DNA of 64,000 nt from a virus (Duplodnaviria; Caudoviricetes): positions 64,001 through 128,000 of IMG/VR virus record IMGVR_UViG_3300043414_000372, one strand, 5' to 3'. The position numbers and the translations under genes are program-made. Under the pieces are notes generated by a model. The model was given only the letters and a program-made list of their open reading frames with translations, made no database searches and was not told the DNA's origin. Shown here one piece after another: positions 1 through 9,634 of the stretch; within the stretch, counting starts at the first letter, position 1, and the number at the start of each line of letters is the position of its first letter.

Positions 1-362
1 CCAGATGCAGCACTTGCTTGCTCAACAAAGTCCATTTGCTTCTGTAATTGTTGACCAACTAACTTAGATACACTGTTTGATGCATCGTCACGAATATTGA
101 TTGCCAATGTTTGCCATGTTGCTTTTCCAGCCAAATACATTGTTGAGTTGTATATTGGTATAGTAATTTCTTGGAACTGTACTTGCGGTCTAGCGCAATC
201 AATAACTTGTTTTGTTAATTCTACTGTGCTTGTGTCTGTTCCAAAATTCAAAAAGTTTACTCTGAATCTGAATTGTAGTTTTGGCATTAGTAGGCCCTGA
301 TTGCCACCGGCGTTATCAGATGCTACTGTCATGTTGAACAATGATTGTGAGGCTGTTGCCAT
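1..362 (-). CDS. Tail tube protein (gp19-like), N-terminal part, runs off window edge
   Basis: Not in ORF track. ATG at 362 after GGAG; reads MATASQSLFNMTVASDNAGGNQGLLMPKLQFRFRVNFLNFG...LTKQVIDCARPQVQF...YLAGKATWQTLAINIRDD, typical of myovirus tube proteins; directly downstream of the sheath gene. Confidence 0.8.
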   Translation of the reverse strand, partial: MATASQSLFNMTVASDNAGGNQGLLMPKLQFRFRVNFLNFGTDTSTVELTKQVIDCARPQVQFQEITIPIYNSTMYLAGKATWQTLAINIRDDASNSVSKLVGQQLQKQMDFVEQASAAS

Positions 363-384
363 TTTATATATCTCCTGTTAATCT

Positions 385-392
385 TATTTATC
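385..392 (-). promoter_or_regulatory. T4-like late promoter (GATAAATA) for tail tube
   Basis: ATAAATA core ~25 nt upstream of the tube ATG; same motif recurs upstream of many structural genes. Confidence 0.6.
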
Positions 393-403
393 TTAAATAA
401 ACA

Positions 404-425
404 GATAACCCCTTTCGGGGTTATC
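404..425 (-). terminator. Stem-loop after tail sheath gene
   Basis: GATAACCCC-GAAA-GGGGTTATC perfect hairpin just past the sheath stop. Confidence 0.6.
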
Positions 426-433
426 CTAGCTTA

Positions 434-3400
434 TTATAATGCTGCTATCTCACCTGTATTTAGAACACGAACCGGAACGTAGATGAATTCAGCAGCTTTC
501 ACTGGTTCAAGCGCAACGTCAACCCAAAGTTCATTTCTGTCTATTCTAGCTGGTGTGTTGTTACTTTCGTCACAGATTACCAAGTAGTCATAGATACCAC
601 GTTTAGCAACTAAATCAACCATCAATGTTTGAATTACACCAGCGATTTGATTACGTGTTAACGCATCGTTAGGCTCAAATACGAACGGTCTTGCTGCTAA
701 TGTCAATTGTCTACGAACGTAAGCAATTAATCGTGCAACGTTAGTTCTATCTAATGCACTTGAACTGTTAAAACTTGTCTTATTACCATAATTTAGTAAT
801 CCAATTCCAGTGAAGAACACTAATGGGTTAATAAAGTTAATATACAATACATCACGAATACCAATACGTGTTTTAGTAGTTACAAACTCACCCGTTGCGT
901 TGTCAATATAACCAATGTTTGTAGCATTGTCAATATTACCTCTACGTGTACCTGCTGCTGCTAACCAAGGATAAGCAATGTTATCATTTCTAATGAATGT
1001 ACGCAACATCATATGACTTGGTGGAACCGCAACTAAGTTACCACTTAGGTCACTTGTGATACCGCTTGGATAGAACAAGCCTAAGTATGTATTACGTGTT
1101 ACTAAACCTTCTTCGCCGGTTGCAGTCGCGCCTGCGGTATTATTTGCCCATGCTTGAATTGCGGTAGCATCAGATGGCAATCTCATTGGAGTGTCACCTA
1201 TGATGTAACCTGTTTCACCGCGATCTGCATTCAATACAACCATGTTAGGTTGTAGTTCTGGATAGTTAGGTGTAGCCATTAAGTTGAAGAAGTTATCTTC
1301 ATCACGAATGTCATAGTTAGTATCAACTGCTGAACGTAGTGATTTTACAACCATGTTACGTTGTGCCTGACGGCCCATATATGGACTACCGTTAGATTTT
1401 AAACCACTTTCGCTTAACCATGTGGCTTGTTCTAATGGTATTGTCTGATCAGGATATTTAGTACTTGTAAAATAGTTAGATTGATATGATTTAACATTAT
1501 AACCCGAACGGCGTGTGTTGAACAACAACATACCTGTTGGATATAATGATGGACTAGGTGCGTCTAAATCTAAGTAATCACTGGTTAACAAACTAGCAAT
1601 ACTTGGAATAGGATCATTAACAATATTTGTATCACCATTGGTTGCCCAACGTGCATCAGCAAACAATACACCCTTACTATCGGTTTGGTCAGCATTATCT
1701 ATTAACACCCATTGATCTACTCCAGATACACTTTGCCAACGACTAATCGTTGGATATAGTTCTAAATCAGTGGTATCAATCCATAAATCACCGTATGCCA
1801 ATGCTGTTGTACCATCACTTTGAGTTGTTGGCTCAGTAGCAGCAACAATTGGTCCGTTTGGATCAGTTAAACCAGGGGTCGCTGCCGGTGATGGGAAACC
1901 AGAACTGTCATAACCAATATTAGCATATCCGTTCCATTGACCACCAGATTGAACCATGATATCAACTTGATCAACAACACTCCAGAACCAATTTTGACCA
2001 TTAGCTGGCATTCCTACTGGAGCGCCTTCATTAGCAGTAAACATTAATCCGACCCAATTACTAATCTGTACACCCACCCAATACAATGGATTTGTGGCAC
2101 CAGATACGTAAGCAATGCTTGTTACACCGCCGCTTCCATCAACAGAAGCTACACGTACTACTAAATTGTTTGACGGAGTAGTACCTCCCAAAGAAACGCC
2201 AGGAATTGTTATAGTATTTCCTACTGCATATCCTGTTCCTGGAGTACCAACACCGTCTAATATATAAATTCCATTTAAAACATTTACATTTATAACAGCG
2301 TTAATACCAGTTCCTGAAGTAGCAGATTGCGTTACATTAAAATAACTTTCGGCTCCGTCTTGTGCCCATTTGCAATATGCAGTTTCATTTGCAACAAATC
2401 CTGCACCTGTTAATATTCCAGCAGAGAAACCTTGATTGGCTCCTGGAGTTTGAATGTTATCAGACATAATTATTTCGCCGCCCTGTGTGTGAGACAACAA
2501 CACAGATCCGGTCGCAGTTACTGATGCAACTGTATACTCAATATTTGCCGCTGACCATGCAGTTACAAACTGTGTTGGTGTGCAACCGTCAGGGATAGTG
2601 ACTTCATATGTACTTGATAGTGAATCACTATTTGGGATACTTGTTTGAACATACAGAATTGCTGATGATAAACTATTGTACAAACTAATAGTAAAATCAG
2701 TTTCTGTTCCTGTCGCTACAGTAGGACCTGTAACCGCTCTTTCATACAAATACGTAGGATACATAATTGCTACTGGATTTGAATTATATGTATAGGCCCC
2801 ATATATTGTTCCTGCCGGTATTGCTTGCCCACCGGTAGAATCTATCATGGAATTTACACTCCAATCATTAGGTGCCAATGTAACATTTTTGGCTCTCCAT
2901 GAACCAGTAGCTATACTATATTCAGACACCACTGGATTAGCACCTTGACCAGAACTACCAACCTTAACCCAAACCGAGCCAGTTGGGTGCGGCATATCTT
3001 GACCAGCACTCCATAGTGGCATTTCCGAAGAACTGCCAATTGAAACTGCCGGTTGATAATAATCACCGGCTGTTATTCCCAATGCACTTAATACATTATT
3101 TCCTGCCCCGCCGTCATCGATGATTGTTATCATTGCATCAGCATCTGATGTTATTAGATTAGGTTGTGAAGAATATATGCACAATTTACCTGATGTTACA
3201 CCTGCTGTTAGATACCCAAATCCTTTTGCATTAATTGCTGCTGCAACACCTGTTACAGTATTATTAGGGCCAGCTGGAACAGTAATTTGTGTAGTAGCAC
3301 CTGCTATTGAAATACTGAATGTATTTGCGGCTGTCAATGAAGGACTAGAATTAGTTCCTTGTACAGTAGGCCATGACTTTGCCCAACCAGAACCGGCTAG

Positions 3401-4033
3401 CGTTCTCCAAACATTAGAAGGAGATTTGTAATAATATTGGTTATATAAACTTGGGTATTCAATTGTAGCGTTTATTGCATAGTCACCGATATTACCTATG
3501 CTAGCAAGTGGTGTTCCGTTAAGTAAATACGCAGTATCAGTTATAACTATAGGAGTTTTATTAGTGAATTTAGCAGTAGTTGCATTCCATTCAAATATAC
3601 CCCAAGTAGAAGTAGTAGTATCTAACCAATAGTCACCGTTAGTTGGAGCACTTGACGGACGACCAACAGAGCCAACTAAACTTGACAAATCAATGTCAGC
3701 ACGTAAAGTATAGCAACGATTAGTAGCACCCAATAATGAATAAGCTGCCAATAGCCCATATTCATTTAATTCATAACCTTGTATTGGGGTACCAGCGGTT
3801 GTGTTATAGAAGAAAGGCACACCATAAAAATCTACCAAATCTTTCTGACTTGTCATTTGATATAATTTATTTGCGTTAGCCGCAGTAGTACCAGCGGCAA
3901 CGCCCGTACCAGATGGATTAGCTTTATTTTGTGCTGTTGCGAAAATTATAAGCGGAACAGTGCCGCCTGGGGCTGGTAAATATTGACTCTGGTCAATGAT
4001 CGTTACTTCTACGCCTGGTGATGTTAATGCCAT
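434..4033 (-). CDS. Tail sheath protein (gp18-like) with large central insertion
   Basis: N-terminal LTSPGVEVTIIDQS and C-terminal sheath motifs (YPWLAAAGTRRG, RTNVARL, FVFEPNDALTR, IDRNELWVDVALEPVKAAEFIYVPV). Confidence 0.93.
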   Translation of the reverse strand: MALTSPGVEVTIIDQSQYLPAPGGTVPLIIFATAQNKANPSGTGVAAGTTAANANKLYQMTSQKDLVDFYGVPFFYNTTAGTPIQGYELNEYGLLAAYSLLGATNRCYTLRADIDLSSLVGSVGRPSSAPTNGDYWLDTTTSTWGIFEWNATTAKFTNKTPIVITDTAYLLNGTPLASIGNIGDYAINATIEYPSLYNQYYYKSPSNVWRTLAGSGWAKSWPTVQGTNSSPSLTAANTFSISIAGATTQITVPAGPNNTVTGVAAAINAKGFGYLTAGVTSGKLCIYSSQPNLITSDADAMITIIDDGGAGNNVLSALGITAGDYYQPAVSIGSSSEMPLWSAGQDMPHPTGSVWVKVGSSGQGANPVVSEYSIATGSWRAKNVTLAPNDWSVNSMIDSTGGQAIPAGTIYGAYTYNSNPVAIMYPTYLYERAVTGPTVATGTETDFTISLYNSLSSAILYVQTSIPNSDSLSSTYEVTIPDGCTPTQFVTAWSAANIEYTVASVTATGSVLLSHTQGGEIIMSDNIQTPGANQGFSAGILTGAGFVANETAYCKWAQDGAESYFNVTQSATSGTGINAVINVNVLNGIYILDGVGTPGTGYAVGNTITIPGVSLGGTTPSNNLVVRVASVDGSGGVTSIAYVSGATNPLYWVGVQISNWVGLMFTANEGAPVGMPANGQNWFWSVVDQVDIMVQSGGQWNGYANIGYDSSGFPSPAATPGLTDPNGPIVAATEPTTQSDGTTALAYGDLWIDTTDLELYPTISRWQSVSGVDQWVLIDNADQTDSKGVLFADARWATNGDTNIVNDPIPSIASLLTSDYLDLDAPSPSLYPTGMLLFNTRRSGYNVKSYQSNYFTSTKYPDQTIPLEQATWLSESGLKSNGSPYMGRQAQRNMVVKSLRSAVDTNYDIRDEDNFFNLMATPNYPELQPNMVVLNADRGETGYIIGDTPMRLPSDATAIQAWANNTAGATATGEEGLVTRNTYLGLFYPSGITSDLSGNLVAVPPSHMMLRTFIRNDNIAYPWLAAAGTRRGNIDNATNIGYIDNATGEFVTTKTRIGIRDVLYINFINPLVFFTGIGLLNYGNKTSFNSSSALDRTNVARLIAYVRRQLTLAARPFVFEPNDALTRNQIAGVIQTLMVDLVAKRGIYDYLVICDESNNTPARIDRNELWVDVALEPVKAAEFIYVPVRVLNTGEIAAL

Positions 4034-4085
4034 TTTATTTTTCCTTTAGTAAAATTTTGAGGTTTACAACCTATTTGCATACTAT

Positions 4086-4092
4086 TATTTAT
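4086..4092 (-). promoter_or_regulatory. Late promoter (ATAAATA) for tail sheath
   Basis: Motif ~50 nt upstream of the sheath ATG. Confidence 0.55.
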
Positions 4093-4501
4093 GAATAAAT
4101 TGAAAAAAGTCGGTATTACCGTACCTTCGAAGGCAACTAAATATAATATGCTTCTACAAAGACCTATATGCAAACAGTGTAATAAGAATTACACCGCCAT
4201 AAATTACAAACGTAACGGTATTACACATTATAGAAGCACATGTGATGAATGCGGAAGAAAAAAGAATAAACTAAAGCCCAGAAAGGCTAACTGGACTAAC
4301 AGTGGGTACAAGAAAAAAACTGCATGTGATTTATGCGGCTTTAAGAGTCTATTCCCAACACAGATAACCGTGTTTCACGTTGATGGAAATTTAGAAAATA
4401 TTGAACAAACCAATCTACGCAGTATTTGCTTAAACTGCGTAGAGGTTGTCAAAAAGAAAGAGGTTACTTGGAAGAGAGGCGATCTACAGATTGATTACTA
4501 A
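4091..4501 (+). CDS. Zn-binding HNH-like protein (likely start 4148)
   Basis: Several CxxC pairs and CDLCG...VFHVDGNLEN...NLRSICLNC, a degenerate HNH signature. Confidence 0.55.
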   Translation: MNKLKKVGITVPSKATKYNMLLQRPICKQCNKNYTAINYKRNGITHYRSTCDECGRKKNKLKPRKANWTNSGYKKKTACDLCGFKSLFPTQITVFHVDGNLENIEQTNLRSICLNCVEVVKKKEVTWKRGDLQIDY

Positions 4502-5102
4502 TTATACTGTACATTGTATTGTGCAGCGCATCAATGGTTCCGTTGTTCTCTACAATAAAATCATAATTTAACCCTACACTACTGTACTCACTAGCATGGA
4601 TATTTAAATATTCAAGTGCTGCTTTATCACCCAATCCTCTATTATATGCTACAGCAGTATCATACCATATTGGATCTGGACCTCGTTTTACCCTGAGTAC
4701 AATCCCACCCGCATTTCTAATAGCGATTACTTCATTTGAAAATCTACAGTCTGTGATTACAACATCTTCTTTGGTGTTTATTAGTTTGTTCTCTAAACTT
4801 GCTACCCAAATATCATTGTGAAAGTGATTGCGACATACATCAGTTCCCCAATACTGTAGTATCCATCGTGGGGTAATATCCATTCCCAAACGATTGCTCC
4901 ACCACTCATCTTTTTGTTCACGCCAAACTCTGCTGGCTTTTGTTGTACCCTCAAGGTATTCACGATTCCACCCAAAGATTACTGCTATTGCATCTTTAAG
5001 ACTAGATGCAAAACTGATACGTTTAAATCCATGATGTGTAGTAAGATAGTCGGCAATAGTGTCCTTGCCCGACCCGATTAGTCCGGTGATTCCGATAATC
5101 AT
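4464..5102 (-). CDS. Deoxynucleoside monophosphate kinase (T4 gp1-like)
   Basis: MIIGITGLIGSGKDT P-loop, FASSLKD, LQYWGTDVCR, VVITDCRFSNE; start moved from 5150 to the ATG at 5102. Confidence 0.88.
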   Translation of the reverse strand: MIIGITGLIGSGKDTIADYLTTHHGFKRISFASSLKDAIAVIFGWNREYLEGTTKASRVWREQKDEWWSNRLGMDITPRWILQYWGTDVCRNHFHNDIWVASLENKLINTKEDVVITDCRFSNEVIAIRNAGGIVLRVKRGPDPIWYDTAVAYNRGLGDKAALEYLNIHASEYSSVGLNYDFIVENNGTIDALHNTMYSIISNQSVDRLSSK

Positions 5103-5165
5103 AAATGAAAATGCTCCTGAAGTACTTATTATACTACAGGAGCAACACAAAATAAACTGTTTAGG

Positions 5166-5963
5166 TTATCCCTGTACCCATGTCAATGGTTGACTGTAAT
5201 CTACATATTTCTTCAATTCTTCAATCAATAATTCCATTCCAGCTTTACCCTCTGCTTTCATAGCAGTACCATTCAATGTTGTACCACCACCTGGACCGGC
5301 GATAGTGCCAAATTTCTCACGGGCTTCACCAATCATAACTTTAAGATTAGCTAAAATAAAGTCACCAATCCATACTCCAGCACCCGGATCTTGTAGTAAT
5401 ATTTCTTCTGTCTTTTGTACATCAGCCCATATCAATACACGTTCACCAGATCCTTTTGGATCACGAACAATACGCAATATTTTAGATACTGGGTTGAATG
5501 TGTATGTTACATAACCACCGAACATACGTGCTGCTAATTCAACATAACCTGCATAAAAGTCATATGTTGCCATACCACCTGCATAGTTATAGTTCAATAA
5601 GTATGTGTTTAGGATCGCACTAGAGAACGGATCAAAAGAACTTGCACCCGGACCAGTTTCTAAACCAATTGTTCTACGGAAAATACTTCTTACATTGATA
5701 AACTCAGCAGGTAGAGTGTAAGTATCTACGTTCTTTTCAATGGTCATTAGAATATAAGATTCTTCTGTAGCGGCTTGTGCCCTTTGACGATAGACCTTGA
5801 TAGCGTAATTGTACGCTGCTTCATAATGTTGAGGATCCAATTCAATATCAATCATCCCGTCACCGAGACGATATCTAAGATTACTGAATAGTGCCTCTTT
5901 TAACTCTGATAGTGTTAACCCGGTCGGGGTTGAAAGAACAGAAGCGGTTGGATATGTTGACAT
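5166..5963 (-). CDS. Neck / head-tail adaptor protein (gp13-like)
   Basis: LRYRLGDGMIDIELDPQHYEAA, GEAREKF..IAGPGGGTTLNG motifs typical of T4-like gp13; late promoter at 5983-5989. Confidence 0.75.
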   Translation of the reverse strand: MSTYPTASVLSTPTGLTLSELKEALFSNLRYRLGDGMIDIELDPQHYEAAYNYAIKVYRQRAQAATEESYILMTIEKNVDTYTLPAEFINVRSIFRRTIGLETGPGASSFDPFSSAILNTYLLNYNYAGGMATYDFYAGYVELAARMFGGYVTYTFNPVSKILRIVRDPKGSGERVLIWADVQKTEEILLQDPGAGVWIGDFILANLKVMIGEAREKFGTIAGPGGGTTLNGTAMKAEGKAGMELLIEELKKYVDYSQPLTWVQG

Positions 5964-6012
5964 AAGTGTTACCTAATAATACTATTTATCAGGTAACACT
6001 ATGGTTCGTGTA

Positions 6013-6459
6013 TTACAAGTCGCCGTCTTTACGATTTTCGCTGTAAAATGCGTCAAACTTTCCACCGGGATAGCGTGACTCTAACTTGCGTATATTCTCA
6101 GCAATCACTTCGTTGGGGTCAAGATTCAACGCACGACATGCATTGACCCAGTACCACATAATGTCACCGAGTTCACGTTTCATATGAAATACATTTTCAT
6201 CAGTCAATGATTTACCCTGAAAAATGATCTTCTTGGGCACTTCAATAAATTCACCACTTTCAGCCGCTAATCCAAAACATGCTGTGATTAGTAGTGGAAT
6301 ATTAACATCAGGCCCATGCTTCATCTGATTGTCTGCTAAGTCTAGTTCATAGTTAGCATCTAACCGATCTATCGTATCATGGAATGTAGTCAAGTCATTA
6401 CTTGCTTGGCTTGTTACAGCCTCTACAAATTCTTGGTATTTATTTAAATCAATTTTCAT
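6013..6459 (-). CDS. mazG: MazG-like nucleotide pyrophosphohydrolase
   Basis: GLAAESGEFIEVPKK, KRELGDIMWY, NIRKLESRYPGG motifs. Confidence 0.85.
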   Translation of the reverse strand: MKIDLNKYQEFVEAVTSQASNDLTTFHDTIDRLDANYELDLADNQMKHGPDVNIPLLITACFGLAAESGEFIEVPKKIIFQGKSLTDENVFHMKRELGDIMWYWVNACRALNLDPNEVIAENIRKLESRYPGGKFDAFYSENRKDGDL

Positions 6460-6632
6460 GGTGTTGTTGCAGTATCAATTCCGATGACACCCCCCAAGAA
6501 AATTTGTAGCCAGCCATTCGCATTTTGTCCGCTAACAAGCAAACTCAGCCCGCTCAAAATATTGAGCCCGGCAACTGCATATCCAATCGTTTTGCGGTTA
6601 CGATCAAACCATATAAAAAATTTATCTGACAT
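6456..6632 (-). CDS. Small membrane protein (58 aa)
   Basis: Not in ORF track; MSDKFFIWFDRNRKTIGYAVAGLNILSGLSLLVSGQNANGWLQIFLGGVIGIDTATTP; stop overlaps the mazG ATG (ATGA). Confidence 0.6.
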   Translation of the reverse strand: MSDKFFIWFDRNRKTIGYAVAGLNILSGLSLLVSGQNANGWLQIFLGGVIGIDTATTP

Positions 6633-6634
6633 AA

Positions 6635-7801
6635 TTAAAACGCTTTCAAAATAATCATATTCTCATTAAAGCGACCATTCGGGACTGCCCCTACTGCTTT
6701 AATATCTTTGAAATACTTACGTGCTGCTGGCTTGCTTCCCATCACTTCTTTGATTTGCTCACCCGGTTTACGTAATGTTTTCATCTCGCTAGTATTTGCA
6801 TCAAACCCTAGCAATGTGTTACCTTTAACACTGAACACTTTGCTATAATCGTCAGCAATGTAATGATGTAATTTACGCTTACCTGTATCGTAAACCCACG
6901 CCTCACTTGCACCGTGAAGTTTTGTGGGATGCACACTAACTAAATCAAGTTTAGACTGAACATCCTTGAACAACTTCAAGTATTTCAGTTTAGCAACAAT
7001 CTTTTCTACAGGTACTGCTTTGCGTTTACGCGGAGCCTTGCTTGCTTTCTTAATGCTAATGTAACTATTCAAGTCACCTAGTACCCCGTCAATGAATTTG
7101 AGAATGTTGCGAATCTGAATCTTACCTAGGAACGCATATCCCTCTTTTAATGACTCGTCACCATCACTTAGTCGTTGAAATTCTTCTTGCTTACGCTTCC
7201 AAATATCAACAATGATTGGGATATGTTGCGGCATGACATTGTATTTTGCAACAATATCAACTGTCTTTTCTGACGCCTTGCCCTTAGTAACAAAATCGTC
7301 AATCATCCCTTCCATTTCACCTGCGGCATCTCGTGCTTTTTCTTTCAGAATTTCCTGAATGTTGGGACGTATTGCAACCACTTCTTCTTTTACAATACTT
7401 GTTGCGCTAGTTTTTACCTCAGTCTCTGTCAATGATTTTACAAGTCGGGTAATATCATTTTGCAATGTCAGTTCCTCATGCTCGGTTAATTCTAGTCCGC
7501 GCATTGTCATACGTGCTACCCAGCACAATGTAATAATGAATTCACTTTCATGGACCTTACGAATCTGTTTAGCTTCATCAGTTCGCTTATTGTAATCCAG
7601 ATATTGACACAATAGTTCTTTTGCGTCTTTTTTAGTATAGAAACGGGTATACCATGTAAAACTTCTAGCAAGTGCTGAAAATCTTGCTTCGAGTTCGGGC
7701 TGTATTGGGAAAAAGGGTTCTTCGCCCATATACTTTGTATCAGCGTCCCGGGGGTTTAGTGCTTTGACAAAATGATCGTCTGTATGCTTACGTGTAGCCA
7801 T
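6635..7801 (-). CDS. Hypothetical protein (388 aa), early-promoter driven
   Basis: Long ORF with GGAG RBS and a consensus sigma70 promoter upstream. Confidence 0.8.
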   Translation of the reverse strand: MATRKHTDDHFVKALNPRDADTKYMGEEPFFPIQPELEARFSALARSFTWYTRFYTKKDAKELLCQYLDYNKRTDEAKQIRKVHESEFIITLCWVARMTMRGLELTEHEELTLQNDITRLVKSLTETEVKTSATSIVKEEVVAIRPNIQEILKEKARDAAGEMEGMIDDFVTKGKASEKTVDIVAKYNVMPQHIPIIVDIWKRKQEEFQRLSDGDESLKEGYAFLGKIQIRNILKFIDGVLGDLNSYISIKKASKAPRKRKAVPVEKIVAKLKYLKLFKDVQSKLDLVSVHPTKLHGASEAWVYDTGKRKLHHYIADDYSKVFSVKGNTLLGFDANTSEMKTLRKPGEQIKEVMGSKPAARKYFKDIKAVGAVPNGRFNENMIILKAF

Positions 7802-7831
7802 GAATTACTCCAAAGTTTCAATTGAATACGT

Positions 7832-7860
7832 ATTATAGCACAAGAACCATTTAATGTCAA
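7832..7860 (-). promoter_or_regulatory. Sigma70 early promoter TTGACA-17-TATAAT
   Basis: TTGACA TTAAATGGTTCTTGTGC TATAAT; same spacer family as the cassette repeats. Confidence 0.8.
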
Positions 7861-7893
7861 GTTTTTGGTAATACGCCGTCGTCTGTATTTACG

Positions 7894-7900
7894 ATAAATA
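7894..7900 (+). promoter_or_regulatory. Late promoter (GATAAATA) for neck/tail-terminator genes
   Basis: Motif 20 nt upstream of ATG 7921. Confidence 0.6.
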
Positions 7901-7920
7901 AGTAATAAAGTGAATTAACT

Positions 7921-9624
7921 ATGCCTAGACTCTCGCTTTGGCGTCCCAATAAAACTAATGATTATAACTTTTTTGATAAGATAATATCAGAACAGTTCAC
8001 CGCAGGTTCCACGGATTTGTATGTACATAAATATATGGGTCCGACAAGCCAAGGTCCATCTATAGATGCCACTCAGCCACAATATGATGTATTAGCACCA
8101 ACTAACATACAAGATTTGTTATTCCTAGAAAACCGTGACAGAACATATGACCCAAATGTCTATCGTTTACGTGGACATTATAATGTACAGAATTTAGATT
8201 TTGATTTAAGTCAGTTTGGTTTGTTTCTAAACAACGATATCATTTTCATTACAGTTCATTATAATGATATGATTCAAATAGTTGGTAGAAAACTAATGGT
8301 AGGTGATGTAATAGAGTTGCCTCACTTATTAGATTACAATCCATTGAATGAAACTATACCCACTGCACTAAAACGTTTCATGCAAATTACTGATGCTAAT
8401 TATGCTAGTGAAGGATTTAGCCCAACTTGGTTCCCACATCTATGGCGCATCAAATGTGAGCCATTAGTTGATAGTGAAGAATTTACTCAGATATTAACTG
8501 CTCCAATTGACCAAGATACCTATCTTGGTATTTGGGACAAAGATAAAACATATCCTGCAGGGTATGTAATTACATACGGTGACAAAAATTACAAAGCATT
8601 GATTGATGTTCCTGCAGGGATATATCCCCCCGACCCAACATATTGGCAATTAGACACTGCGGATAACCTTAAAGATATCCTCGCTACTTACAATAAGAAT
8701 ATTGCAATCAATGATGCTGCACTAAGAGAAGCAGACCGTCTTGTACCTAAAGCAGGTTACGACAGAAACAATCTATACATTGTACCTACATATGGTGAAT
8801 ATTCAAGCGACGGGGTTTTCTCAAACGCTATAAATAATCCTGCACCCCCAATAGGGGTCAATACAAACGGTGGCACACCTACAACAACTGGCACTGTAAT
8901 GATGATTCGCAGCCCCAATTACAGAACCCCTAGTACTGTAATTAAAATTCCAAAAGCAGCAATAAAAAGTATTTGGGATATGACCTCTGATATGGGGTAT
9001 GATAAATTAGAAGTTTTCAACACTGCTCATTTAGAAACAATAAGACTAGCACCGGAAAGAACTGATACTAATTCAGGACCGGTTAGAGGTGATGTGATTT
9101 TAACAGTGGTTTCTAGTGGAACTATCACTGGTCCATACGGTACTGCGGATAACACATATGCCACTGCTGATGCTAACCCAGAACTACCCGGATTCACCGG
9201 AACAATAAGTCAACAAATGGATTGGAGAGCAGATTGTGATCCGGCATTCCAATTCATTGCACGTAGCAGCCCAAGAACATTTGGTTATAGCACAGGTTAT
9301 TTAGATGGAACAGCAGAAGCACCAAATGGATTCCCAACTGGTGCGGGTATAAGTTTCCCACAAAATCCACAAGTAGGAGATTACTTCTTGAGAATCGATT
9401 ACTTCCCACAATTATTATATCGCTGGGATGGTAAAATGTGGGTTAGAATTTCACAAAATGTAAGAACACCTACAGGAATGACAGCAGCAGATCAATCACA
9501 GAAGTCTAGTTTCATTAATGACAGGACAGAAACAAAACTTACAGATGGTACATTTGTGCCGCAACGACAAGCATTGTCAACTATATTAGGTTTGACTCCG
9601 GATCCCCTTCCACCAGTAATTTAA
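7921..9624 (+). CDS. Head closure / neck protein (gp14-like) with inserted CBM5/12-like module
   Basis: N-terminal region (DLLFLENRDR, LSQFGLF, LMVGDVIELPH, WFPHLWRIKC) resembles gp14; WDKDKTYPAGYVITYGDKNYKA...P...YWQ resembles a chitin-binding type 3 module. Confidence 0.65.
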   Translation: MPRLSLWRPNKTNDYNFFDKIISEQFTAGSTDLYVHKYMGPTSQGPSIDATQPQYDVLAPTNIQDLLFLENRDRTYDPNVYRLRGHYNVQNLDFDLSQFGLFLNNDIIFITVHYNDMIQIVGRKLMVGDVIELPHLLDYNPLNETIPTALKRFMQITDANYASEGFSPTWFPHLWRIKCEPLVDSEEFTQILTAPIDQDTYLGIWDKDKTYPAGYVITYGDKNYKALIDVPAGIYPPDPTYWQLDTADNLKDILATYNKNIAINDAALREADRLVPKAGYDRNNLYIVPTYGEYSSDGVFSNAINNPAPPIGVNTNGGTPTTTGTVMMIRSPNYRTPSTVIKIPKAAIKSIWDMTSDMGYDKLEVFNTAHLETIRLAPERTDTNSGPVRGDVILTVVSSGTITGPYGTADNTYATADANPELPGFTGTISQQMDWRADCDPAFQFIARSSPRTFGYSTGYLDGTAEAPNGFPTGAGISFPQNPQVGDYFLRIDYFPQLLYRWDGKMWVRISQNVRTPTGMTAADQSQKSSFINDRTETKLTDGTFVPQRQALSTILGLTPDPLPPVI

Positions 9625-9634
9625 AGAGTATATA

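Noticed and set aside
97-300. Plus-strand 67 aa ORF from the track
   Set aside because: Antisense shadow of the tail tube gene.
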